From Calcarisporiella thermophila CBS 279.70 (Eukaryota; Fungi; Calcarisporiellomycota): a stretch of 64,000 bases of DNA. Below the pieces are notes generated by a model. It did no database searches, was not told the DNA's origin, and saw only the letters and a list, made by a program, of their open reading frames with translations. Location of the stretch: NCBI RefSeq assembly GCF_041956535.1, contig NW_027192201.1:548206-612205 (forward strand). The letters are read 5' to 3'. Shown here piece by piece: positions 51,743 to 64,000 of the stretch; positions within the stretch are counted from its first letter, which is position 1; every line of letters starts with the position of its first letter. The position numbers were made by a program, and so were the translations under genes.

Positions 51743-54448
51743 ATGACCAAATCTTCGATTCCTACCCCAACCGCTTCTCCTAAGAGGAGATCACTTGGCT
51801 CATCGCGCGGTTTTTCCTATCGTTCCATGAGTGCCGAGGAAGAGGCTTATCTTGCCGAAGCCTTGGCTAACACAAGTCCTGAACTACTCGCTGAAATGCA
51901 GGCATTTGCAACTCAGGGCAAGATGACAAACAGTAACCAGCCGAACATTTCTCAGCGCAGAGTATCTTTGTCTGCTGTTTATCGAAAACCTAGTATGACA
52001 CGTGCACCGCTGCCCAATTTCTTTGATTCAGTATCTTCCACCTCTTCTAGCCCAGCGAATTTCTCCCAAATATACCACAATGAGAGCAGAATAGCCCCTG
52101 ATAATACAGAGCGCCCTAAGACTCCAACTTCAAGAAATTCTCTACCAGGTCTCTCAGGTATCCCGAGAACTCCCACATCTCGAACGCGTACTGCGACAAC
52201 TTCTCCCCTTAAAGTCGGCGATCGTGTAATGGTTGAATCTATGGGATCTTCAGGCACTCTACGTTTTCTTGGACAAACTCAATTTAAACCTGGAAGTTGG
52301 GCGGGTGTGGAGTTAGATCAACAAGGTTCAGGGAAAAATGATGGATCTGTTCAAGGGTAATACCGTAAATCTTATGCATTAGTAGGAGACAGCTATTTTA
52401 TTCTATACTTTTTGGTTAATTCTTTTAGTGTGAAATATTTCGATTGTGCTCCCAAAACAGGAATTTTTGTGTTGGCCTCCAAAGTGACAAAACTCTCATC
52501 CACTACCCCCAAACGCCGTTCTAGAGCGTCGTCCATTGTTCGCCCTTCCTCTGCTGCCAGTACGACTACAAATGAAATGCCTCTAATACAAGGCTCGTCT
52601 GCTCACCATGTAGCTATGGCAACAGCGCGCATTACCGCAGGTTCAATTGCTTCTCGCTATCTCCACGTAACTGCTTCGCAGTTGAAACAGAGAGCTCTCG
52701 CAAAAGCAGAGATGACTACTACATCTGAACGCATGCCTCCTCCACCGCAACCGTCCAGTTCAGTCAGAGCAAATTCCCCTGGAATAACGCGTAAGCACTC
52801 TTTTGGGCGTCAAAGTTTGGGTAACCATCGCCCTAATAGCCGCCCAAGTTCCACTCAGCCGACACACCCTAGCTCTTCGGCAAAAGAATATTCTACCTCT
52901 CGCATGCAAACAGAGCCTAATCGCCTATCTCACTACCGAAGCATGTCTGCCTCTTCGTCGAGCTCTGCTGGTATGGGTCATGTTTCTCCTGCTCGATCAC
53001 CAAAACTTGGCTCCTCTGGTCGTGGGTCACGCCCACCTACTCCCTCTTTGACTGAAGCACTTCAACAACAGGATTTATATGCTGAGGCTATTCGTAAGCA
53101 ATGGGATGAAGAAAAAGAAATATGGGTTGCGGAGCGTCATCAGAAAGATACTCATATTCGACGACTCGAAGAGGAGCGAAATCAATTAGAGAGGCGAGTG
53201 GCAGAGCTTGAATGTTTGCTAGCTCGGCAGAGAGTACCTGAAAGGCGACCGCTAGAAGAACCTGAAGATGGTCGTCAAACTCGTCACAGCATCCTTATTT
53301 CTGAGGATGGAGGGGAGAAAATTCTTGAGCTTACGGATCTGGTAAATCAAAAGGATGAGCAAGTTAAACTACTTGAAATAGAAGTTACTCGGTTGCAGCA
53401 CCAATTGAAAACTCGCGAGTCAGAATGGAGCGAGAGATTAGCAAAGACGGAAAAGGAGAACATCTCACCTGCGGATACGGAAATCATAAGTGAAAAGAGG
53501 CGACTTAGAGAGAAAATTGAGCGACTGGAACGTCAACTCCAAAATGGCAGTGGTGTTACCGAGGGTGAGGAGAAACGGCTGTTGAAGGAAAAACTAGCGG
53601 AATATGAGGAACAAATCGCTGCTTTGAAAGACGTAATGAGCGAACTACAACGAGTCAATAACGTTACAAGCAATGAGAATCGTAAACTTATGGCCGAGCA
53701 CGAAAAATTAATAGACGCACACCGACACCTTGAAACTGAACTGATTCAGCTGATGGATGAATTGGAGCGTTTGCACGGTGAAAATTCAAAGGCAAGGCTC
53801 GGCGTTGAGAAGGGCATTGATTCTGATGAGGGTCATGAGCTTGAAAAGCTTAAGCAACAATTAACGGAAAAACAGGCGGTGCTTGATCATCTTCGCAAAC
53901 AGCATGCTACTGAGGTGCGTGAAATGCGTGAGAAAATTGCTGAATTAGAGAAGAGTAAACAGCAAGAAATTAGCAGTTTAAGCAAAGATGTAGCAGAGCT
54001 GGAATCTTTAGTCGAAGCTAAGATATTTAGAGAATCTGACTTGGAGGAAATGCTAGAGGCCGAGAGAAAGCAAGTCAAACGGTTAAAAGAGGAGCTGTCA
54101 GAACTACGCCAAATGCGCCCACCTATTTTTGATATTAAACGCACGTCAAATTCTGAACGCGTCATATCATCTGATATAGAAGAGCCTGAAAGACTTTACT
54201 GTGATATATGCGATGTTCGTGGTCATGATATTGTCACTTGTAAGGCGACCATCAGTGACGGTGCATTCTCTCAGAAAGACACCAATGGGGCAAGCAAAAA
54301 TAACCGTCCGGTAAGCCGTACTATTTTCAATAGGTATTGTCATTATTCATTAATGCCTGTTTGTATTATCTTCTAGTATTGTGCTAATTGCGAGCAATTT
54401 GGTCTTCATTGGACCAAAGATTGTCCCAACGAAGATGAGACATTTTAA
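51743..54448 (+). CDS. CLIP-170/Bik1/Tip1-like CAP-Gly, coiled-coil and double zinc-knuckle protein, 3 exons
   Basis: GTLRFLGQTQFKPGSWAGVELD..GKNDGSVQG.KYF.C, long coiled coil, YCDICDVRGHD..C and YCANCEQFG.HWTKDC, terminal DETF. Confidence 0.92.
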
Positions 54449-55167
54449 TAATTTCTTGGAATATATATCGAATCATAATACCCCTAATATTTTACTGTAT
54501 TTTGTGTGCGAATATGTCCTTAATATTAAATTGGCTAATGATATAAACTTATATACATGGTTTATTCTATTTGTATTGGAGTAAAACTGTTGATTACTGC
54601 CGAGTTTATTAAATTGCATATAGATTTTGCAACTCACAGTTTTACGCATTACTACATATTATTAGCGTGTCATCCATTAATATAACCAACCTTTAAAATG
54701 CCCGTAACTTTTGATCTTGCAAATGTCCACTTGCTTTTGATCCAATTATATTTCTCTCTCCTTTAAAAACTTCAATTGTGGTGTCTTATAGATATATTAT
54801 TATAGAGTGATTATAAAAGAATGTAGTTTTTCATTATATTTTTACGCGATCTTCAAAATTTTCCATTCACGTAGGTATATTAAGACGGATATAAATACTA
54901 CCAATGCACCTTTTCTAGTACCAAGGCATTAGATTTTTATTGATATATTCTCACAATTTAACAAAATGTCAAAATTGAATATAACTATGCATGTTGATGA
55001 ACAACGTGCTAGGAATTTAGAGTTTTATATTTTCATCATCCAATAATATTAAACACATTAATGCAACGTCTTATCTCCGGCAGAGTATTGATAATGATTT
55101 AAAAGTCTGGGGCTTAGATGATTGTATTTCATTCTACATTATCGTTATTTTTTAACTCATCGATGAA

Positions 55168-56766
55168 ATGAGACAGTGCACTTTACTTACTGTAGCCCTA
55201 TTTTTTTCTACCTCTTTCGCGGCAATTCAGTTACCATTTTCTTCGCCATTTGTCGAAGAATTACATCAGCCAAAGAACCTAGTAGAAGAGAAGTTACATG
55301 GGCGTTTTCTTCATATCACTGATCTACATCCAGACAAGTACTATAGAAAACGTGCTAGCTTCAAATCAGCTTGTCACGAATTCCCTAAAAAGAAAAAGAA
55401 AAATAAAAAAGCTGGGACGTATGGTGCACCCGGGTACGATTGCGATTCGCCCACTGCATTAATAGATACAACTTTTAGTTGGCTTAACAAACATGTTAAG
55501 CATAATATAGATTTTATCGTTTGGACAGGCGATAATGTTCGGTAATTCTATTTCTAACGCGTATGCTAATATCGGGTTTAAATTATATATTTATTTGAAT
55601 CTAGCCATGACAGTGACAACAAAAGACCACGTACAGCAGACGAGCTATTTGAATCAAACAAAATAATTGCGAAAAAATTTTTAAATTTTCTGAATGTCTC
55701 TAGTCACGAAGGCTTCTCTCGATCCATTCCCATTATCCCAACAATTGGAAATAATGACGTGTTTCCTCATAACGTTTTATGGCCGGGTCCAAACAGAGAA
55801 TTACGTCGATTCTCTGAGGTATGGGAACCATATATTCCTGTTAATCAGCAGCCTTTATTCCGTTCGGGAGGATACTTTATGGTTGATATAGTAGAAGGAA
55901 AATTGCGAGTTATTTCGTTAAACACCATGTATTTTTTTAAGAATAACGGTGCAGTCCGTGGGTGCAGCCGAAAGAGACAACCTGGAACTCAGCAAATAAA
56001 ATGGCTTCGCAAAGAGCTTGAGCGGGCGCGTAAGGAAAATGTCAGAGTATATATTATAGGCCACATTGCACCATTGCAAAAAAACTACTTCCGGTCTTGT
56101 TTCTATGAATATGGCAAGTTAGCGCTCAAATACGGGGATGTGATCGTCGGTCAACTCTTTGGCCACAATAATCTAGACCATTTTTCGCTGATATCTAAGG
56201 ATGACCTTCGAAAGGCAAAGTTTTTAGGATCTCAAGAAGCTGGAAATACAACGAGAAATTATAGGCAGAAAAGTCTCTCACAAGGTATGGAAGGTTTAAG
56301 CCCGAAGGAAATTCTGAGTGCCCACTCTACGACGACATCCGAGATATCAGCATCCCTCATAGATTATATCGATGATCTTTTTGACATGTACAAAAATATT
56401 CCTCCGCGTGAAGATGATGGAGACGAGGATATAGTTTCACGAGAATATACGGTCATAAATGTAAGCCCTTCAGTGGTGCCAGTCTTCAACCCTACGCTCC
56501 GAGTTTTCAATTATAGTCTCGGAAATGGATCTGAATATCCATTTGGTGTTCCGCTTTCATACAGTCAGTTTTGGTTGAATGCTACTAAGTATAATTTACA
56601 GGAAAGCGAAGAGCCTGCATATGAGCTCGAATATTCGACAGATCGTGATTATCAGTTACCTGACCTTAAAATAGCGAGCTGGCTTCAACTAGGTCGTCGT
56701 TTGGTTAAAGAAGAGAAAATACGAAGAAGATATCTAAAATATCTGTTTGTGCATACGCGTGATTAG
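55168..56766 (+). CDS. PPN1: Endopolyphosphatase Ppn1 (calcineurin-like metallophosphoesterase), 2 exons
   Basis: LHGRFLHITDLHPD, CDSP, WTGDNVRHDSD, IPTIGNND..PHN, SLNTMYF, GHIAP, FGHNNLDHF, SPSVVPVFNPTLRVF. Confidence 0.92.
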
Positions 56767-56975
56767 ACGTATTATTTCTTTTTACATTTGTATAGAATTG
56801 TATTTAACTGTATTTCATTTATGTAAGCTAGCAATGTTGCTCTTTTTCTCGCATATTGTATTGTGCAATATCGATCAGATTTACTGTCTGAAAGCTTCAT
56901 TACATTAAGATAAATATATAGCAGTCACGATATATAATTTCAAGTCCACGCGTTTGTTAACAGATTTCGAAATTA

Positions 56976-59900
56976 ATGATGAACGCAATAGAAGAATTTC
57001 GAGCATTACTCGTTGATTGTCTCGAAAATAGGCTGGCTACGGTAATAGATCCTTAAAAATTAATCGAAACGGTTTTTAGTATTAACTTATTTTTTGGTTA
57101 GGATCCTAATACAATTAGACATGATATTGAAGTTTATTACGGGTATGAAAATTTTGCATCATTTCAAATTATAAATCCTTTTATTATATTCATTTGTATA
57201 TTTCTGTACTCTCTAGCCTTTTTGAACTAGATGGACCGCCACCAAAAAAATGGAAACAAAGCCCTAAGGATATCATTAGTGAGAATTCCCTGCAGCGAGA
57301 GCAAGAGCTTGTAAATCTCTTGTTCTCTGAATTTACAAGGGCATTCCAGGCCACTGGTAATATGGTAAATTACAAGGTGCTTATTTTTCGGCAATTCTAT
57401 ACCATTTAAACATTTTTGCTCTCTTTATCTGAAATAGATGGAGCTTCTCAATGTCCTCATACAAACTGTTATTGTATCTTCTCCAACCAATTCAAAAATG
57501 AAATTAATCATCGCAATCTTGGACTCTCTGATCAACGATACGACTAAAACTGACGCTTTGCTCACTTGCGCGACTCCTCGTCTTGAATCCATTATACCTG
57601 CTCATATTTCCATTTCGCAGATAATGGAGCTATTAATACCATTCCTAGATATTTCTTCGTCTTCGTTTTGGGATGAAATTCTCCGCTGGTTACTTCGCTG
57701 CATCAAATCTAGTCCAACCCTTCTCCAGTCGATCCCAAGCACTTTAGGGATTAATCTAATCAAACAACTAATTCGACAGATAAACTTGCTACCTGCCAAA
57801 CTAGACCGGTGCAAACTTGAATCGATTAGTTTAGCTCAAGATTTAGTGACAACCTTGTTAAACGGCGTAGATGATTCTGATGGATGCATTTCTTACTATG
57901 AAGCCATCTTAGCTGTATGTATTGAATCTCTTTCATATTATTTTGATATTCGGAAAACTATATACATACTAAAACTTTTTTGAAGTATCCAGAAATGTTT
58001 GGAAGTATCACACGTGGCTCCTTTACTCAAAATATCCATTGGACTTTGGAAACTTTTGCAAATGATTTGAGCAAACGACGTCGGCACCTTGCTTTTCTTA
58101 TGATGCCACCTGGTAAGAAGTTTTAATATGATTAGAATATTCTATTAATACTTTAATTTTATCCCGTATTTTCAGATGCATCATGGCCTCTTATATCGCA
58201 AATTAGTCGCCGTCATGAGTATAGCGATTTAACTACACGTATAAGTTTTCGAATGTTTGATAGTGACTTGGTAAGATATAGCTACTTTGACAGAATTGTT
58301 ACCTATGTTATATGCATTCTATTCTATAGATTGAGTTTGTGCAAGAAGGAAATTCTACTGATTTTAATTCTCATTTCCGAGATATGCTTTTCCAACGTGC
58401 CCCAATGGATGAATACCGTACACTTATTAAATCCACAGGCGGTAACAGTCCAGACACAAACCTGGTGCGCAAAGCAATAGTTGAAAAGATAAAAGACGTT
58501 GTCAGATATATTCAAAGCATATCGAAATTCGATGAAATACGTTCAGGTATATAACTTAATCATCATTACAATATTTTTTCCATTTATTCCCTTAATATTT
58601 ATTAATTTCTTTAGATTTGATTCATCGGGAACAAGAAGTTGCCAGTGGGGAAGATCTCGAAATGGTGATCCCAGAAAACACGGATTTCTGGGAATTGATA
58701 ATCGAGACAGCTGACCAACTTTATAGTTTCGTTGCAAATGAGTAATTCACCCGCATTTTTCTTTTTTTATCCAAATTCCTAATATATTTTCTTGATAGCC
58801 TCATTTCTTATGAAGAGTTACTAAGAGATTTTTATCGCATGGTGCACCCAGAAAACGAAGATACAATTAATTCAAAGCATTGTCTTCAAAAGGATAATAC
58901 ATTAATATGGCTTCTACTACAGCTTTTTCGTATCCTTTACTCAGATTTAAATGAACTCGTCTTTATATGTTTATCAATAGTCTTTTTCTTTAACTCAACT
59001 CGTCTTTTCAGATATCGAGAAAATTGGGGCCAATGTTATAGCTAGAGATTTTGCTTCCGACGAACGGCTCTTTAATATGCTGGTCAAGCTACATAATGAC
59101 AAACAAGTTATTTCAAGGGATGCTTTTTATCTTAGAGATCTAGCGCTACCATGTGCAGTAAGCTATGCAAAAAATATTGTTAAGATTTCAAGTATATTTA
59201 ACTTTGTTTTGATTTTAGGTCAGTCACCAGCAAGCTCACATACGAGACAGAACTAATATCAAATACCGTCACCCACAACTTGCTCTCGCTCTTCCATATG
59301 CACCTATATGTTATCATTTGCAACAATATTTTGCGAATCATTACAAAGGTTTTTTTTTTTTCTCCTATTACCACAATTTTTTACTTATGCATTTTTGTCT
59401 CTTAGCCAACGCTACCAATCCGGATATTTTCCGTGATATATCGTTCCAGGAGGTTATAAAAATTGCGATGGAAAGTCAATTGCGTCAAAATGTAGTTCCA
59501 AATACTCTCTACGTACACTTAGTTCCAAACAAGCTGGAAGTAAGTGTCCTGGCGTTTCCTGGTGCCACTTATTTAAAAGGCGGTGTTCTCGGATATCAAT
59601 TACTTGACTTTTTGACCATTAACGCGAAACACCGGTAATTAAAGCCTGATCAGGTTCTAACTCTTATTTCTACTCATTATGTTGCCTTCTTTCAATATTT
59701 GCATAGGCTGATGCAACTTATCTACAAGATGATGTTTGATTCCGAGTCAGGTCCAAGAGTACAACTGGAGGGCTCAAGCCAAATAAACTGCGTTTCACCT
59801 TACGTACTCGATGTTGTTTATAAGCTATTACATAGTGCACCTTGTTCGTATGTATCAATATTTTTGGAGCTTAGCTTTGTTGACTTTAATTGTTTATTAT

Positions 59901-62900
59901 TATTAGTGTTGAGTTAATGGTGAAGGAAATATTTGATAAATTACGCCGGTGTGATAGAGCAATTAAAGCTCGTGCTGATGGTGGCCAGCAGAGATTAACG
60001 GATATTACTTTGCGATGGCAACATACTGTGTTGCAACTGTTGAATTTCAGATTACTCCGATTTTTAAAATATCCTTTTTTTTTATTTTATTGATGCTTTC
60101 ATTCTTTTTAATGCTAACATATTTTCCTTAACATACACATACATGGTCTTCGATGTCCTTTAGTCTCCTGCATTATATTAAGTATTCGCTGTCGTATCTA
60201 GATAACCGGCATATGTATCAGGTGGTGGAATCATTCGCCATTAATATAATGGTAACCTAATCATATTATTGTATCTAGAACCCCTCTGACCTTGTTATGC
60301 TATCCAACAGAAAATGCAAATTGATATTAAGATACTTCGCTCTTTAAATGACCCCGGTCGAGATAAGCCTGTATGGTTTAACGAGTCCGAGTTATTGACA
60401 AGAGTTATGGTTATATGTATAGCAAAACTTCTTAAAATCAGGTAAGGGTATACTATCATCTGAATTTATTTGCAGACTCACTAATTCTATCTTTATAGAG
60501 GACAATCGGATCTTTCCACTGAGCTCGTGCACGGGGCCCTGCAGAGCCTCCATTCTCATAAAATAGAATGGTCAGCAGAAACTATGAATTGGTTCCCAGA
60601 AACTGTACGGTCTTATTTCGAAGGACCTGGAGCGCTACTTCCTGCTAGACAGCAAATCGTAGAGAATCAAGTATGTTCCTGATGCTGTAGTATTATAACT
60701 TAGTAGGTTGAAGTTGCTTATGTTGAAATCTAGATTCGTCAAATGATACAACGAAGCAAGATGCATAATATTCTAATGATGCCCAATCCCAATGCTCCTG
60801 CTGATGCTGAAAAAAACCTCAGAGACTACTATACTAAGGAAGAGAATCAGCGGTTCTTTTTGTGCACCTTTTGGACAATAATCTTCCTTAAGAAGCAAAT
60901 AGAACCATTCATGGTAGAACGTATCCTTTTTCTGTTTTCTCTCATACTTTCATCTTTTATTATTATTATGTTATTCTTAACACCTTAAATTAGATGCACG
61001 AAAGGTTATGCTCACTTTCCCACCCGCATGTATGTCAACGTATGTCATGGAGTTAATGGACTTTATTTTGGACAAGGATTATGGTGGAATTGATCCAACT
61101 GTGGTAAGTGTTGTTTTCAAAACAATGTTGTGGAGGATTATATAACTTGGTTTTCATATAGCCGCAAAAATTACTTGATGATTTGATTTGGAAGTATCAG
61201 CTTCTCTCATTTGAGCACGTTATTTTCTCTCTCACACATGCGAAGAGGAAAGGAGACATTGCGCTTAAATTCCTTGAATACCTTTTGTTCACCTCGCCAT
61301 CATTCATGGGCCGTGTTGCAAAATGGATGTCTCTTGGATTTAATAGTCGATATTGGACAGAGGTTGATTTTCACGAAAAACTAATGGAATACCTCAAAGA
61401 ATATCCCGAGTATTTCGAGTACGAAGCTTTCGCCATGAATGGTTATGACCACACCACTCGTAAACTTGACCCTCCGCCTTCTGCTGCGATGCCAGTCTAT
61501 TATAACAATATCGTACTACGCTCTACTGCCATATTCGATATTGTGATTGCCCGTCTTATAGAAAATGAACGAAAAGATTTATTGTTACAGCTACTTGAAA
61601 AATACGGGTGCATTTATCAATACCACGCAACTCCTCTCGCCTTCGTACAAGACCTCCTAAATTACTACTACGATTCTTCTATGCTACAAGACCATCAGGT
61701 GATGAAACGTATACTCTTTTTGCTGGGTGAGTAATATGTAGGCATATCTTAGGCCATTGTTACTTATCTATTGTTTTATAGATTTCTCGCAATATGAAAT
61801 CATACCAGACTTGGTTCAATTTGTGGAAGGTGCCGAATTCTCAGATTTTTCACCTGGACTAGGATTTGACCTTTCATATTTCGAGAAAGTCATCGTGAAA
61901 CTTGCCGATAGTAATCGATTGTTTAACTTTTTTTATATTTAAAATTTTAATTGCTATATTTTATATTATAGGTTTGAACCATAGTAAATGTGCTCCAAAA
62001 TCATCACCAAACCTGCCAGAGCGACATTTTCGTGAAATTGCAAATCCTGCTGTCCAAGCGCTTTCTATCGCATGCATAGAAATTATGGCGGCGCCCGTGA
62101 GCTCTATTGAAATTGTGGGATATCTACTCGATATCACATTAGCGCGCAGTAAACACAGTACTGGTATCCCTGCTTCCGTTCTTCATGCTGTTGGTCTATT
62201 ACTCTCGTGCTTGCCGGTAGAAAATTTTGTGAAGCCTGTTTGGGCAGAGTTTGCGTTTATGATTTCGTCTGATCCATACCTCTTGGGGTGGTCTGAACCG
62301 TGTCCAATGGTATTTTATAATTCTTATTATAAGAATAACAGTGCACTAAGTGGCTAATATATTGCAGGCACCATCGGGCGGTGATATTTTTGATAATGAG
62401 GCTTTACTTATGTCTGGCGTGGCATTACGCCAAGAGACGGCCACGGCAGTTTTCCCCTACGTATTCAATGACTATACTTTTAATTTACATAACTTCACGA
62501 CAAACACCCCAAACAGCTTTCTCACGCTATATCACAGCCTCTTGCATTACTCGAGTTTAGACCAGTTTTCACTCTTTTTACCATTCTTGCGTTCTATACG
62601 CGAGCAAGCCACAACGGATATACAACTGCTATATGTATGCGCTATAATTGGGCCTGCTTTACATAGAATTGAAAAGCTTCCTGCAATTGCTACTGAGGTT
62701 AAATTTTTTTAAAATATCCCACTACACTATCAGCCACTTACTCTTATTTTAATAGTATGCATTAGAGTTAATGTTAATGGTGAGCAAAGTTACCTGCAAG
62801 CTGGATATAACTATGGTCGGAACTACGAACGCGTTGGAGCGAGTGTATCTCTTTTTGTAAGTTCGATATATATTTTCAATTGAATACTAATTTCTCAATG

Positions 62901-63039
62901 CATTCATATGCCACGTAGGTTCCATGTTAAGCATCTCTTTACTCGCGATACTCAAACAATTACAAGTGTCCAAGAAATTATTCAGACAATGCACCCAACT
63001 GTGAAGGAACGTTTATACAAACTGACGTTGACTGTTTAA
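56976..63039 (+). CDS. MED23: Mediator tail subunit 23, about 25 exons
   Basis: LIWLLLQ, LLDFLTINAKHRL, VSPYVLD, ESELLTR, W.AET..WFP, FLCTFW, LIWKYQ, YWTEVDFHEKLMEYL..YPE.F, MPVYYNN, YQYHATPL..L.YYY, RHFREIANPAVQAL..ACIEIM. Confidence 0.9.
58930..59011 (+). other. U12-type GT-AG intron in MED23 (phase 1)
   Basis: 5' GTATCCTTT; branch TTCTTTAAC 58986-58994; splicing gives LLQLF-H-IEKIG and an open downstream frame. Confidence 0.85.
60069..60142 (+). other. U12-type AT-AC intron in MED23 (phase 2)
   Basis: 5' ATATCCTTTT; branch TTTTCCTTAAC 60122-60132; 3' AC at 60141-60142 restores RFLK-WSSMSF. Confidence 0.9.
60921..60993 (+). other. U12-type GT-AG intron in MED23 (phase 1)
   Basis: 5' GTATCCTTTT; branch TTCTTAAC 60974-60981; TAG at 60991-60993; gives MVE-H-ARKVML. 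Confidence 0.87.
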
Positions 63040-63456
63040 TTAATTCTGAAAATCAACCTTTTTATCTAATGAATTTTAGCGGGTTTTAATGCTAATTAAG
63101 AACCTAAATCGTTCTCAAGCTTTGGGCTAAACAGAAATATTTGGTCATCAAACTAATATAATCCCCACTGATGCACCAGAGGATGCGTTTCTTATTACTT
63201 ACATATTTCTATTGCTGAGAAATATATTCTCGAAGCGGATATTCTGCTTTTCATATGTCACTTTATAACTGAAATTTCATAGTCAGATTTATAAAATGTG
63301 GACCCCTTAACTTTATATGACTGCTAATATTTGTAAACATTAATTTTATATCCCTGTTAAAGTCGAAATTACGAATTTATTTATTCAATTTTCTTAGCGT
63401 TTCTCCCACTTAGACTCAATTGGTGTCAAGAACTTTTCAAGGTATACTGGATTATC

Positions 63457-64000
63457 ATGTCGGCTGCTCCGGGCGGTAAAATAATCAAAGCTTCTGAAAT
63501 TGCTGCATTTTACAGGTAACATATTTGTAAAAGTGTATAAGCATTTTTAACGAATAACATTTTTGCATTTCTCATATTAAAACATATTAAAGCGATGAGG
63601 TGAAAAAACTTGCCCATTCGCGCTCAGTGAAGCCCAAGCTTGTAGGCTTTCTTGCCAACGCTGATCCTGCTGCTGTTAAGTATGCTGAGTGGACCGGAAA
63701 ATCCTGCAACAATGTAGGAATTGAATTTGAGCTGCGAAAAGTTGACAAACAAGAGCTGGAAGAAGAAATTGTTAAGGCCAATGAAGATAATTCTGTACAT
63801 GGAATTATGGTTTACTACCCTGTTTTTGGTGACAGACAGGTATTTTTCTTATTAACAAACTATATTTTATTATGGTATGTATTAAATTTTATACTTTTAA
63901 ATAATATAGGATCAGTACCTTCAAAACGTAGTTAGCGTGGACAAAGATGTCGAAGGACTTTGCCATAAACATGTTTACAACATGTATCATAATATTCGTT
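63457..64000 (+). CDS. MTD1: NAD-dependent methylenetetrahydrofolate dehydrogenase (5' part, runs off the window)
   Basis: PKLVGFLANADPAAVKYAEWTGKSC, ANEDNSVHGIMVYYPVFGDRQDQYLQ..KDVEGLCH..NMYHNIR. Confidence 0.93.

Overview
Gene-dense, intron-rich eukaryotic DNA that looks like an early-diverging fungus (Mucoromycota-like; inferred from the gene set, short introns, and retention of MED23, FAM72 and PPIH). About 24 spliced or single-exon genes can be reconstructed by hand: Kex1-like S10 protein, METTL16, Swc3-like/GATA protein, Mdj1, ankyrin-DIL protein, MCH-type MFS transporter, ILV3, Thi74/SLC35F5-like transporter, Stb3-like protein, GH15 hydrolase, PPIH, a coiled-coil microprotein, RCC1-repeat protein, AVL9, His-rich surface protein, FAM72, AIM41/YqeY, PQ-loop protein, ALG2, NASP/Hif1, CLIP-170-like protein, PPN1, MED23 and a partial MTD1. 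An AT-rich accessory island (~14.7-20.9 kb) holds an F-box/LRR remnant, a decayed PIF/Harbinger element, an NB-ARC-TPR NLR pseudogene and a possible transposase N-terminus. The main findings are: (1) three minor-spliceosome (U12-type) introns, one AT-AC, all in MED23; (2) an NLR whose very short N-terminus sits on its own exon and resembles an amyloid signalling motif; (3) a Kex1-like gene with an open reading frame whose catalytic Ser is replaced by Gly, which needs a 6-nt microexon and whose 5' end is entangled with the METTL16 3' end; (4) a probable Swc3-GATA fusion; (5) a near-perfect 59-bp palindrome. All family calls come from recalled motifs, not database searches. CDS coordinates span introns.
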